Source: a virus (lineage: Duplodnaviria > Caudoviricetes). Taken from it: a stretch of 31,831 bases of DNA. Made by a program: the position numbers and the translations under genes. The notes under the pieces were generated by a model that did no database searches, was not told the DNA's origin, and worked only from the letters and a program-made list of their open reading frames with translations. The stretch covers positions 1-31,831 of the IMG/VR virus record IMGVR_UViG_3300011335_000075; one strand, 5' to 3'. Shown one piece after another: positions 8,624 to 16,777 of the stretch; within the stretch, counting starts at the first letter, position 1, and each line of letters opens with the position of its first letter.

Positions 8624-10123
8624 TTACTCCAGCAACAGGTTGTTGTTAGACGCAGCCTGCATAATAATCCAATTGGTGCCATCTGACACCATTGTTGCCC
8701 AATTTCCCACCACACCCAGCAATATCGCCGTTCCCGCTACGGTGCTGTCAATAGGCACGATGTTGCTGGACGCCGAGTTAACCGCTTGGGCCTGCATATT
8801 CTTGACCGTGATATACCGGCCCGTCCAGCTTGAAGCCGCAGGGAACGTCAGCGTCAAGGCCGAGCCGGTCTTGTTGTTGATAATCCAGGTGTCCGTGCCG
8901 GTAATGGTGTAGTCAGCCGTCTTGGTTATGACCGTGGACAGCGGCACATAGTCCGTGTTAGCCACCGCCGCCGAGATGGCCGTGCCGTTGCCCTTAAGCA
9001 GGCCGGTGATGGTGGTTGTTAGGGTGATGGCTGGCGTGGTGGTGGCCGTTGCTACCGTACCGGCAAGACCATTGGCCGAAACAACAGACACGCTGGTGAC
9101 CGTGCCGGTGCCATACGCCAGCGCGGGGATGTCAGCCGTCGTCAGCGCGCGGAAAGTTGGTGCCGCAGCCGCCCCGCTAGATGGGCCCGCGAAGATAGTA
9201 TTTACAGCTTGGGTTGTCAATGTTCCGGTCAGCGTGCCGCTAGTAGTGACCGGCGAATTGGTAACCGCTATGATAGATGGCAACGATAACCCAACAGATG
9301 TGACGGTACCCGTGCCGTATGGCAAAGCTGGGATGTCTGCCGTTGTCAGCGCTCGAAAGGTGGGTACAGCCCCAGCACCCGATGCTGGCCCAGCCAAAAG
9401 AACATTGGCCGATTGAGTATTCCAAGCCGCCGTAAGAGTGCCCGACGTTGTAACCGGCGAATTGGTTACCGCAAACTGCGTTGGCAACGACAGCCCCACC
9501 GAAGTAACGGTGCCGGTTGTTGGCGTTGTCCAAGTGGGTGTGCCTGCGCCTGCGCTGGTCAATACTTGCCCAGACGTGCCCGCTGAAGTAAAGCCGTACG
9601 CCGTGCCCGTGCCATAAGGAACAGCGCCTGCCGTTGGTGTAGACGTGCTATTTGTGCCACCATAGCCAATTGCAAGCAATCCGCCCAGCGTAACCGCGCC
9701 TGTAGTGGCCGTAACAGGGGTAAGGCCAGTCGTGCCTGCCGAGAAGGACAAGACGCCGGTATTGCCAATGGTGACGTTACCTGTAGCGCCAGATACCGAA
9801 ATGCCCGTGCCAGCGATATTGGACAGCACACCCGTATTGGCTACGGTAATAGTGCCTAGCCCGTTGGTGACAGAAATACCCACGCCATAGCCGAGATTGT
9901 TGAGCGTGTAGCCCGTTCCGTTACCAATCAGCAGTTGGCCGTTAGTTGGAATTGTGCCCAAGCCAGTGCCGCCAGAATCAACAGGAATAATCCCCGTACC
10001 TGACCCAAGAGTGGTGAACAAGCTATAAAACCAACGATACCACTCACGCGAGATTGCGCCCGTGCGCTCGTCAATCAACGACACCCGTGGGGGCGTAATA
10101 TTGGTTTGGTTGCCAATGGTCAT
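8624..10123 (-). CDS. Fibre protein in the tail-needle (gp26) position
   Basis: Follows gp10-like gene; N-terminal PPRVSLIDERTGAISREWYRWF anchor then Gly/Thr-rich fibre repeats (GGTG, GTVTSV, GQVLTS). Confidence 0.75.
   Translation of the reverse strand: MTIGNQTNITPPRVSLIDERTGAISREWYRWFYSLFTTLGSGTGIIPVDSGGTGLGTIPTNGQLLIGNGTGYTLNNLGYGVGISVTNGLGTITVANTGVLSNIAGTGISVSGATGNVTIGNTGVLSFSAGTTGLTPVTATTGAVTLGGLLAIGYGGTNSTSTPTAGAVPYGTGTAYGFTSAGTSGQVLTSAGAGTPTWTTPTTGTVTSVGLSLPTQFAVTNSPVTTSGTLTAAWNTQSANVLLAGPASGAGAVPTFRALTTADIPALPYGTGTVTSVGLSLPSIIAVTNSPVTTSGTLTGTLTTQAVNTIFAGPSSGAAAAPTFRALTTADIPALAYGTGTVTSVSVVSANGLAGTVATATTTPAITLTTTITGLLKGNGTAISAAVANTDYVPLSTVITKTADYTITGTDTWIINNKTGSALTLTFPAASSWTGRYITVKNMQAQAVNSASSNIVPIDSTVAGTAILLGVVGNWATMVSDGTNWIIMQAASNNNLLLE
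9107..9514 (-). repeat. Tandem 204-bp (68 aa) duplication within the fibre gene
   Basis: GTVTSVGLSLP...PTFRALTTADIPAL.YGT begins at 9514 and 9310, and a third GTVTSV begins at 9106. Confidence 0.9.
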
Positions 10124-11661
10124 GAGTTGGTCGGGCTAAGTATCAATTCCGCGCCCATGATGGCTATTTTGTTGGGGTCAGTGCCTGAAACCTCATACAC
10201 CCTGTCACGCAACTTCAAAGTCATGCCCAGCCGACGCCAAAACACGCGCTTGTAATACTCGCCAATTTTGCCTAATCCAGCCCAATGCTCGTTGCTCCAA
10301 GTGTGACCGCCGTCGTCAGACCAACGTAGCATTACCTGTGGGTCGCTGCCTTGTACGGGGGACAAACCTTGTTCCGTAATTAAATAATTACTGGATTCGG
10401 TAATTAAATAATTATCAGTTTCAGTCATCAAATACTCAGTTTCAATGGGCGTATAACCATTTAACCCAACGCCTGATTCGCAGTCTAGTTGCAAGCTGTG
10501 ATGCGCTGTGCGTTTCAAATTGTTTTGGCCGGTCGGCAGCGCCCGCCATGAACGCAACCATTTTTGAATGCCGCCGTTGTCAGCGTACACATTCAAGTCA
10601 AACTGATAGATGTTGCCGTTCTGAAAATCGCCCACAATAATGTTGCCACCAAAGTTGCATTGACAATTGCTGCGGTGCCGCATAAAGTCGCCGTTGTCCC
10701 ATCCGGCCCGCTCATGCCAAACTTGGGTGGATACATCGTAGACCCAAGTAGCGTTGCCGGTGGGAAACGTCAGCACATAGAAAGCATGGCCCTCTTGCTG
10801 ATAAGTATACGCAATAGCGTCCGCAATGTTGCCGTATTGAGCAATGGCGTACTCAATAGCGTGAGTGGAAATCCGAACGCCGGTATAGCCGTTGGCACGA
10901 TAAACGATGCCCTGCCCACGGGCGTCTGTACCCAGCCAAAACAAGCCATTATCCAGCTTGGCAATAGAGAACGCGGCCACGCAACCAATTTCATTAAACG
11001 CGCCTTGAATGCGGGTCAAAGGAAAATCAGCCGCTCCGGAGTTGTACCAAACTTCCACCGAATCAGTGCCAAACACCCATAGTTCGCGGTGGTCAGAAAT
11101 AATCCCCACCACACCATCTGGCGAACCTTCGGCGCTGGCAAAGTCCAATGGGTCGATAGACGTGCCGTCAAGCAAAGAAGTCACCCAGATTTTTTGACTG
11201 TTTGGTTCGTTGTATACGAAGTAGCCATCTAAATAAGTAACTGTTACTGCGCCAGTAAAGTCAGCGTCGGTTATCTGCCCAAACGCACCTGTGGTTTCGT
11301 TGTAAATATAACTATTAGGGTTGCAAGCAAAGAAAATTTGCGTGCCGTTGTCTGCGATGGATACTGGCCCCGTGCCCGAAACAGTGCCTATTAATTGCGG
11401 CGTAGCGGTCAAGCCGGTCAGCTTGTAGACGCTATTGCCTGAGACTACGTAGAAGTCGCTGCCGTTGGTTTGGTGTGCCCACAGCGCTCGAATTGGGCCA
11501 GTGCCCACGGTTTGTAAAAACTCTAGGCCGGGGGCGCGGTTTAGAAAGCCAGGCTCTTTGCCGCCTTCTGGGATGGCCTCGGGGAACAGGTTGACCATGC
11601 GGTTGTCCGCGGCATTGATACTGCGGGCAACGTAGGCCGATCCAAGAATCGGCGTTTTCAT
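10120..11661 (-). CDS. Tail hub / DNA stabilisation protein, P22 gp10-like
   Basis: 513 aa beta-propeller-like; FASAEGSPDG, VFGTDSVEVW, PQVMLRWSDDGGHTWSNE, WRRLG signatures; follows gp4-like gene. Confidence 0.88.
   Translation of the reverse strand: MKTPILGSAYVARSINAADNRMVNLFPEAIPEGGKEPGFLNRAPGLEFLQTVGTGPIRALWAHQTNGSDFYVVSGNSVYKLTGLTATPQLIGTVSGTGPVSIADNGTQIFFACNPNSYIYNETTGAFGQITDADFTGAVTVTYLDGYFVYNEPNSQKIWVTSLLDGTSIDPLDFASAEGSPDGVVGIISDHRELWVFGTDSVEVWYNSGAADFPLTRIQGAFNEIGCVAAFSIAKLDNGLFWLGTDARGQGIVYRANGYTGVRISTHAIEYAIAQYGNIADAIAYTYQQEGHAFYVLTFPTGNATWVYDVSTQVWHERAGWDNGDFMRHRSNCQCNFGGNIIVGDFQNGNIYQFDLNVYADNGGIQKWLRSWRALPTGQNNLKRTAHHSLQLDCESGVGLNGYTPIETEYLMTETDNYLITESSNYLITEQGLSPVQGSDPQVMLRWSDDGGHTWSNEHWAGLGKIGEYYKRVFWRRLGMTLKLRDRVYEVSGTDPNKIAIMGAELILSPTNS
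10371..10445 (-). repeat. 24-bp-period AT-rich repeat encoding YLMTE/YLITE/YLITE
   Basis: GTAATTAAATAATTA occurs twice 24 bp apart with a third degenerate copy; protein TEYLMTETDNYLITESSNYLITEQ. Confidence 0.85.
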
Positions 11662-12377
11662 TAGTAATTCCCAGCGTAGATGTTGAACCGCTGCCGAGTC
11701 GCCACGATGGCGTAGGGCATTGACATTACATCATCAGGGTTGTTGATGCGCTTCAGATTGCGCTTGCTGGTCATAGCAATACGCTGCACCTGGGGGCTGG
11801 GCTCCACGCCAAACTCAGGCGCTATTTCCATTGCCAAGTTGTAGGTAAAGGCGCGCAAATAACCAGGTGGGAACAGGATGTCGGTCGCCAAATCAGCGGG
11901 CTGGGCCAACTCTTCAACGCTGATAAAGTGCCATTCCAAGTCCCGTGTGGGCTTGGGATAAATGTACATATCCACATCAGGATACGTCATGTTGATAAAC
12001 AGCACTTGCGGGTAGGTAGACGTAACCGTCTTGACAGCAATACCGTCGTACTGCTGTTGGTTGATCATTTTTATGCCAAAACTGACATTGGTGCCTGGGT
12101 CGCGATAATAGGTCGCGTCATCCAGCAGAATTGGGCGGTTGCCTACAAAGTCGCCTGTTGGGCCAAGGGTGCGGTTGATAAAACCAGCGGGCCAAGTAAA
12201 CACCTGGTCTTGGGTGCTGAACACCGATAAGCGTTCGGTGTTCCAGCTATCAATCATTTGATTGAGCGCCGTTAGGGCGTCTTGGGATACGGATGCGGAA
12301 GGTGTTTCGCCTTCGGCCAACACGCCAAGCAATCTTAGCGCTCGGTTAATTTGATCGCCAGCGGTGTAAACGGCCAT
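11661..12377 (-). CDS. Head-to-tail adaptor, P22 gp4-like
   Basis: TAGDQINRALRLLGVLAEGETPS...DALTALNQMIDSW and YNLAMEIAPEFG patterns; AAGGAG RBS. Confidence 0.82.
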   Translation of the reverse strand: MAVYTAGDQINRALRLLGVLAEGETPSASVSQDALTALNQMIDSWNTERLSVFSTQDQVFTWPAGFINRTLGPTGDFVGNRPILLDDATYYRDPGTNVSFGIKMINQQQYDGIAVKTVTSTYPQVLFINMTYPDVDMYIYPKPTRDLEWHFISVEELAQPADLATDILFPPGYLRAFTYNLAMEIAPEFGVEPSPQVQRIAMTSKRNLKRINNPDDVMSMPYAIVATRQRFNIYAGNY

Positions 12378-12379
12378 GA

Positions 12380-12565
12380 CTAGGCTCCTTCGGTTTCGGT
12401 TCTACGACGGCGCTTTACTTCCAGTGCGTTGACGGGAGCCGCCTCGGGAACTTCAGGCGTATCCAGAGTATATCGTGTCCAGCCATTCTTTTCGTCATAC
12501 TCAGCCTCAAGTTCCATTGTTGCAACTTTGCGACCGTGAACGGGGTGCTTGAGATAAATGTTCAT
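12380..12565 (-). CDS. Small hypothetical virion-region protein, 61 aa (probable start ATG 12565)
   Basis: MNIYLKHPVHGRKVA...KNGW...KRRRR; between head and adaptor genes. Confidence 0.65.
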   Translation of the reverse strand: MNIYLKHPVHGRKVATMELEAEYDEKNGWTRYTLDTPEVPEAAPVNALEVKRRRRTETEGA

Positions 12566-12570
12566 AGGGG

Positions 12571-12595
12571 GAAAGGGGGCTTGTGGCCCCCTTCC
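12571..12595 (-). terminator. GC-rich hairpin, probable terminator/attenuator after head genes
   Basis: Minus strand GGAAGGGGGC-CACAA-GCCCCCTTTC, 10-bp stem with one G-U; weak U tract on minus strand, TTTT on plus strand. Confidence 0.55.
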
Positions 12596-12597
12596 TT

Positions 12598-13005
12598 TTA
12601 GCTTGTGCAATGGATAATAGCGAAATTAATTACGACAGCCTCAGACAGCGAGCCGCCCGAGATGTTACGTAAAGTAATGCTAACCGAACCCGCAGCAAGC
12701 GAGTTAGCAAACACGTTGTATGAACCTGGCGTAGTTTGACCACCAGAAATGGTCAAAATTACGGCGTCATTTGCGCTGATCAATGCGTTATTCAACGTAA
12801 ATGTTGCATTGGTAGCAGTCGCCAAAGATGCGTTGTTCATTGTGATACGGCCAGCAGACTTGTCTAGCGTCACCGCCGTGGATTTGCTTGTTGCCTGTGT
12901 CACAGCGCCTTGCGCTGCTGTTGAGTACCCAATCTCTTGGGATGCATAGCAGGTGGTAAATTCGGGATCGCTATACGCGACACCTACCGCTTGAGTATTT
13001 GGCAT
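12598..13005 (-). CDS. Probable capsid decoration/minor head protein, 135 aa
   Basis: Thr/Ala/Ser-rich beta-strand pattern; AAGGA RBS; second gene after coat. Confidence 0.55.
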   Translation of the reverse strand: MPNTQAVGVAYSDPEFTTCYASQEIGYSTAAQGAVTQATSKSTAVTLDKSAGRITMNNASLATATNATFTLNNALISANDAVILTISGGQTTPGSYNVFANSLAAGSVSITLRNISGGSLSEAVVINFAIIHCTS

Positions 13006-13018
13006 ATTGTTTCCTTAG

Positions 13019-13042
13019 TAAATGGGGCCGAAGCCCCATTTA
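13019..13042 (-). terminator. Perfect 10-bp hairpin with C(UUCG)G tetraloop
   Basis: Minus strand TAAATGGGGC-TTCG-GCCCCATTTA in the 40-bp intergenic gap; short U run. Confidence 0.7.
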
Positions 13043-13045
13043 GGT

Positions 13046-13456
13046 TTAAGACATCCGATACAGAGTCCAAGCGCCGTCACCAGTCTTCACAGCGCGGAAT
13101 GCGCCGGTCGTACCAGCAGTAGCAGCAACGGTAGCCAAGCCAACAAGAGTCCAGCCCGTGCCAGCGGTCATTGTGATGACGCCAGTGCTGGAGCCGTTCA
13201 CGTTACAAACGCTGAAATCAAAGAAGCTGTTGTTCTTGGCGCTGCTGACAACCGCTTCCAAACTAGCCACGGTGGGCAGTGTGTAAGCAGATGCAGTAGT
13301 GCCAGGGCTACCTAACAAAATGCCAGAAGTGATCTGGGCAACAGTTAGGGTAGCGCCGGTAGTGGCAGTGGGAGGCGTAGGTTGTACGCCCAAATTAACT
13401 TCAGACAGATTGCCGTCACCAACTTGGTAACCGCCTGCGCCATTAGGAATAGCCAT
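13046..13456 (-). CDS. Probable capsid decoration/cement protein, 136 aa
   Basis: Immediately follows coat gene; AAAGGA RBS; beta-rich, YTLPT and AGTGWTLVG patterns. Confidence 0.6.
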   Translation of the reverse strand: MAIPNGAGGYQVGDGNLSEVNLGVQPTPPTATTGATLTVAQITSGILLGSPGTTASAYTLPTVASLEAVVSSAKNNSFFDFSVCNVNGSSTGVITMTAGTGWTLVGLATVAATAGTTGAFRAVKTGDGAWTLYRMS

Positions 13457-13483
13457 GATAATTTTCCTTTAAAAATTGTTTAA

Positions 13484-14692
13484 TCAACCCCAGATGCGGC
13501 AGGCCATCTGTGGACGAATGGTGCTGTAGCCATACAGTACGTCAATACGGCAAGGCATACGGTCGTTGTTGATGTCGTACTGACGAACAACGCGCAAGCT
13601 GATACCGTTATGAACCGAACGCGCGGCCATGTCAACGCCTTGAGGCAGCAACAAGTCAGCGGTAGCAAACGTGATAGCGTCCTTGTGGTAGACCAAGTTT
13701 TGTGCGTAAGCAGTAGAAGCGGAGCCCAAGAAAGTCACGGCCTTGCTGTTTTGCGGCAAAACGTCCACGGTAGCCAGAGCATGGTTAGCCGAGTACATAG
13801 GAGCCACAGTTACAGTCCAAGTGCCAGACACAGCGGTTGCGTCAGCCAAAGCCACAAACTGGAACAGCGAACCAGTGGTTTCACGGGTTTGCGGATTTAC
13901 AGCAAAGCAGCTTGCAATGGTAAACACATCACCGGCCTTGATGGTCGTAGTCACCGAACCTTGAGTCAAGGTCAGGGTAGACGAACCTTCCGAGGTCACA
14001 GCAGCGCCAGTAGTCGTGGAAGCAGAAGCGTCGCGCGAACCAGTGGTGAATTGCTTGATGGATTGGCTCATATTGACTTCATCAAAGCCCAACACGCCCG
14101 TGCCCATCATGCCGTTCTTAAACTGCTTGCTGATAGTGTCAGTGGGGTTGAACAAGCCTTTCATGCCTTCAACCAGACCAGCGTTTGCAGCGGGATTAAC
14201 CGTTGCATAGCGAGGCGACATCACAGCAGCGTTTTCGTTCAGTTTTTGTTGCGCTTGCAACAGAACCAAAGAAGTAGCTGGCGTAGTGCCGGGGGTGCCG
14301 ACGCTATTGCCGATGGTTTTGAAAGCATTGGCAACATCAGCGTCAATGCTGGAGGCCAACTGGCTGATACGAGGCTTCAACACACGCTCTGCGAAATCAT
14401 CCAACTGCATGGTCAATTCGGCAGAAGTGAAGTTCACGCCGATATGCTTTTGCGAGGCGACAGACAAAGTGGTGTACTGCTCGTTGTCGTCCTGAACTTG
14501 CAGGGCGGCACCGTCAGTGACCAAAGCGCGGTCGGGCAGACGAATACGCAGAGTAGAACCGATCTTGGCACCTTCAACAGCAAAGCTGTCGTCGTACTGA
14601 CGGTTTACGTTACGGGTGAGCACCAGGTTGTTCTCGAGGATTTCGAGAGCTTTCCGGGTGATCATATCAATGGTTAGGATACTATTAGACAT
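13484..14692 (-). CDS. Major capsid protein, P22 gp5 coat family (start ATG 14692)
   Basis: MSNSILTIDMITRKALEILENNL, KIGSTLRIRLP, NLVYHKDAITFA, RIDVLYG; AAGGA RBS before 14692. Confidence 0.93.
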   Translation of the reverse strand: MSNSILTIDMITRKALEILENNLVLTRNVNRQYDDSFAVEGAKIGSTLRIRLPDRALVTDGAALQVQDDNEQYTTLSVASQKHIGVNFTSAELTMQLDDFAERVLKPRISQLASSIDADVANAFKTIGNSVGTPGTTPATSLVLLQAQQKLNENAAVMSPRYATVNPAANAGLVEGMKGLFNPTDTISKQFKNGMMGTGVLGFDEVNMSQSIKQFTTGSRDASASTTTGAAVTSEGSSTLTLTQGSVTTTIKAGDVFTIASCFAVNPQTRETTGSLFQFVALADATAVSGTWTVTVAPMYSANHALATVDVLPQNSKAVTFLGSASTAYAQNLVYHKDAITFATADLLLPQGVDMAARSVHNGISLRVVRQYDINNDRMPCRIDVLYGYSTIRPQMACRIWG

Positions 14693-14714
14693 GAAAAAAA
14701 AGTCCTTAAAAAAG

Positions 14715-15476
14715 TTAGCGGGTTTGCGCTTCCCACTTCTTACGCTGGCGTGCCCTTTCGGCTTCAATCCACTGCGAATCCGTCATGGTCTTGATAGACC
14801 TGGGATCAGTAGTGTCATAGGCCGGTGATCCAGTGGATCGGGCAGTGACAGGCGAAATCGGCGCTGGCGCGGATGTCGTACGTTTCATTGGTGGATCAGA
14901 CGCCAATTTGGCCTCAATCTTCCCAATTTCCTTTGCCTGTGCAAGCGGGGCTAGGCGAGATATACGCTCTGCGTCTTTGGGGTTAGTTCCGAGGTAGTAA
15001 GCTAACTCAGGCCCAACATCCGAAGACCGAATCGTATCGGCCATCACATCAGTAATTGGCAGCTTGGGGTTGTACGCGACTTGTTCAAAGTCATCGTACT
15101 TAGCGCGGGCTTCCTCTTCCTTGTCGTGATAACTCTCAAGAACTTGCGAGTGCTGCTTGGCCGCTTCGCGCTGCGCGATCAATTGTTCGGCCTTTTGATA
15201 GGCCAACGCATCGGCGTAAGCCTCTGGCGTTTCAAACTGATCGACAGACTGTGCTGCCGGAGCCCTCAAAGTTTGCGTTTCCGCAACCTTCTGTGCTTGT
15301 TCCCGTTCCCACTTTCGTTGCTCTCTTGCGAGGCGTTTTCCAATAGCTGCATCAAGTTCCTCTTGCGAGAAGGTCTTGGGTGCTTCTGCTTCCGGCGCTT
15401 TAACTTCGGTTTCAGGTGCAGCCGTTGCCACCTGTTCCGGCGCGGGGTCTATTACCGCTAGGCTTTCATCTGACAT
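14715..15476 (-). CDS. Scaffolding protein (probable start ATG 15476)
   Basis: Acidic Pro/Ala N-terminus, coiled coil, GPELAYYLGTNP and EIGKIEAKL motifs; directly upstream of coat. Confidence 0.85.
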   Translation of the reverse strand: MSDESLAVIDPAPEQVATAAPETEVKAPEAEAPKTFSQEELDAAIGKRLAREQRKWEREQAQKVAETQTLRAPAAQSVDQFETPEAYADALAYQKAEQLIAQREAAKQHSQVLESYHDKEEEARAKYDDFEQVAYNPKLPITDVMADTIRSSDVGPELAYYLGTNPKDAERISRLAPLAQAKEIGKIEAKLASDPPMKRTTSAPAPISPVTARSTGSPAYDTTDPRSIKTMTDSQWIEAERARQRKKWEAQTR

Positions 15477-15481
15477 TTTTC

Positions 15482-15512
15482 GATTCCATAGAATCCCTGG
15501 TGAACGCACCAG
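15482..15512 (-). promoter_or_regulatory. Twin hairpin leader immediately upstream of scaffold start
   Basis: Minus strand CTGGTG-CGTT-CACCAG G GATTC-TATG-GAATC then GAAAA ATG; no clear SD. Confidence 0.5.
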
Positions 15513-15539
15513 TACGTTTTTTCAGCATTATGCTGGAAT

Positions 15540-15833
15540 TTATGCCCAAGGTAGACCAATAGCGGTTACAGGGGTTTTTTGCAACTCAATTTGGGCAACA
15601 AGATTGGCTTCTATTAAATTCTTATCTACACCGTTTGACCAACACCAACCCAAAACATTTTGTTCGGTTACGCTTGCATAAGGAATATTTGGTGTAATAA
15701 CATCAAAGCTACAAGCGCCGTAAGAACTAGCGTTGTAGTCACCATCATTGGCAACGCAAGTCCAATGTGCGGTAGTAATAAAACCGTCCGAAACTAAGTA
15801 ATCAATTTGTGTAATTTTCCAAACCGTAGTCAT
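15540..15833 (-). CDS. Small tail-fibre-associated protein, 97 aa
   Basis: Follows chaperone-bearing fibre; IPYASVTEQNVLGWCW...GLPW pattern typical of genes in this slot; AAGGA RBS. Confidence 0.65.
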   Translation of the reverse strand: MTTVWKITQIDYLVSDGFITTAHWTCVANDGDYNASSYGACSFDVITPNIPYASVTEQNVLGWCWSNGVDKNLIEANLVAQIELQKTPVTAIGLPWA

Positions 15834-15835
15834 AA

Positions 15836-16774
15836 TTATCCTTCAAGTGCTTCAATACGAGCGGTTAAAGAATCAATAGTTTCAAGGGCTTTTTGCAAAG
15901 ACATGACAACTACCGCCAAAACAGAACGGTCATGGTAACCCCAAGGCTTTCCTTCTTCGGGTGTTGGGGCGGCTTCGGGGCCAATCGCGGCGTTTACGTT
16001 TTGTGCGTAAAAGCCTAATTGTCTTTCGCTACCAAAAGTTTCTTTCTTTTCATCGTTGTAATACCAATATCCAGGCATTAGCTTTTTAAGCATGGAATCG
16101 GGGTCAACGGGAACGCCATCTTTAATTTTCCATGTTTCATCGGAAACGGACGATATGACACCGGCAGCGGAGAATGTTGCAGCGCCAGCGCCATAAGCCG
16201 ACATGGTAACAATGCCAGCGTTGTCAATACGCATACGTTCGGTTGGGGTTGTGTTAGTACCATTGACCGATGTTGCAAATACTAATGCGCCACCGTTATT
16301 TGACGCGGCATTGGGGTTTAAACCATAAATTGCTGCACAAGGGCCAGTGCCAGAAAATGAATTTGAAAGTCTAAAATCAATACGGGCGGTATTGGACGCA
16401 GATGGGCTGGTGCTATTATAAATTGCAAATGCGGTGCTTGATGTTCCGTATCCCCCAACCAAGGCCAATCCTTTGTTTGATACATAAGTGCTAGGCGATG
16501 TAGTTCCAATACCTACGTTTTGACTTGCGTCTACGGTAACCGCAACCGTAGTATTAGTGGCAATTCCAACGGAATTAGCCGCCGGTAGATACAAGCCATT
16601 TGCCGGAACGGTTGATCCCGTTGGAACAAAAGAAGTGCCGCTTACGGAGCGACCAGCGGTTAAATCGGACACCGCAACTTTTACCGTGGCGCTTGATTGA
16701 ACAATGGGCAATACTTCCGTTCCCGCCAATGGCGTTGTTGCTGAAGTAAGCGCAGAAATTTTGGTGTTTGCCAT
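15836..16774 (-). CDS. Tail fibre with C-terminal intramolecular chaperone (peptidase S74-like)
   Basis: NVGIGTTSP and ERMRID fibre repeats; SDETWK Ser-Lys cleavage dyad, GFYAQNV, terminal coiled coil LTARIEALE. Confidence 0.85.
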   Translation of the reverse strand: MANTKISALTSATTPLAGTEVLPIVQSSATVKVAVSDLTAGRSVSGTSFVPTGSTVPANGLYLPAANSVGIATNTTVAVTVDASQNVGIGTTSPSTYVSNKGLALVGGYGTSSTAFAIYNSTSPSASNTARIDFRLSNSFSGTGPCAAIYGLNPNAASNNGGALVFATSVNGTNTTPTERMRIDNAGIVTMSAYGAGAATFSAAGVISSVSDETWKIKDGVPVDPDSMLKKLMPGYWYYNDEKKETFGSERQLGFYAQNVNAAIGPEAAPTPEEGKPWGYHDRSVLAVVVMSLQKALETIDSLTARIEALEG

Positions 16775-16777
16775 AAT

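Noticed and set aside
9107-9514. Diversity-generating retroelement TR/VR pair
   Set aside because: Copies are adjacent and in frame, differences are not adenine-specific, and no reverse transcriptase is present in the window.
13610-14677. 355-aa plus-strand ORF antisense to the coat gene
   Set aside because: Shadow frame expected from biased codon use of a highly expressed gene; no RBS or recognisable motifs.
14693-14767. N-terminal extension of the coat protein given by the ORF track
   Set aside because: Overlaps the scaffold gene; AAGGA precedes ATG 14692 and MSNSILT is the typical family start.
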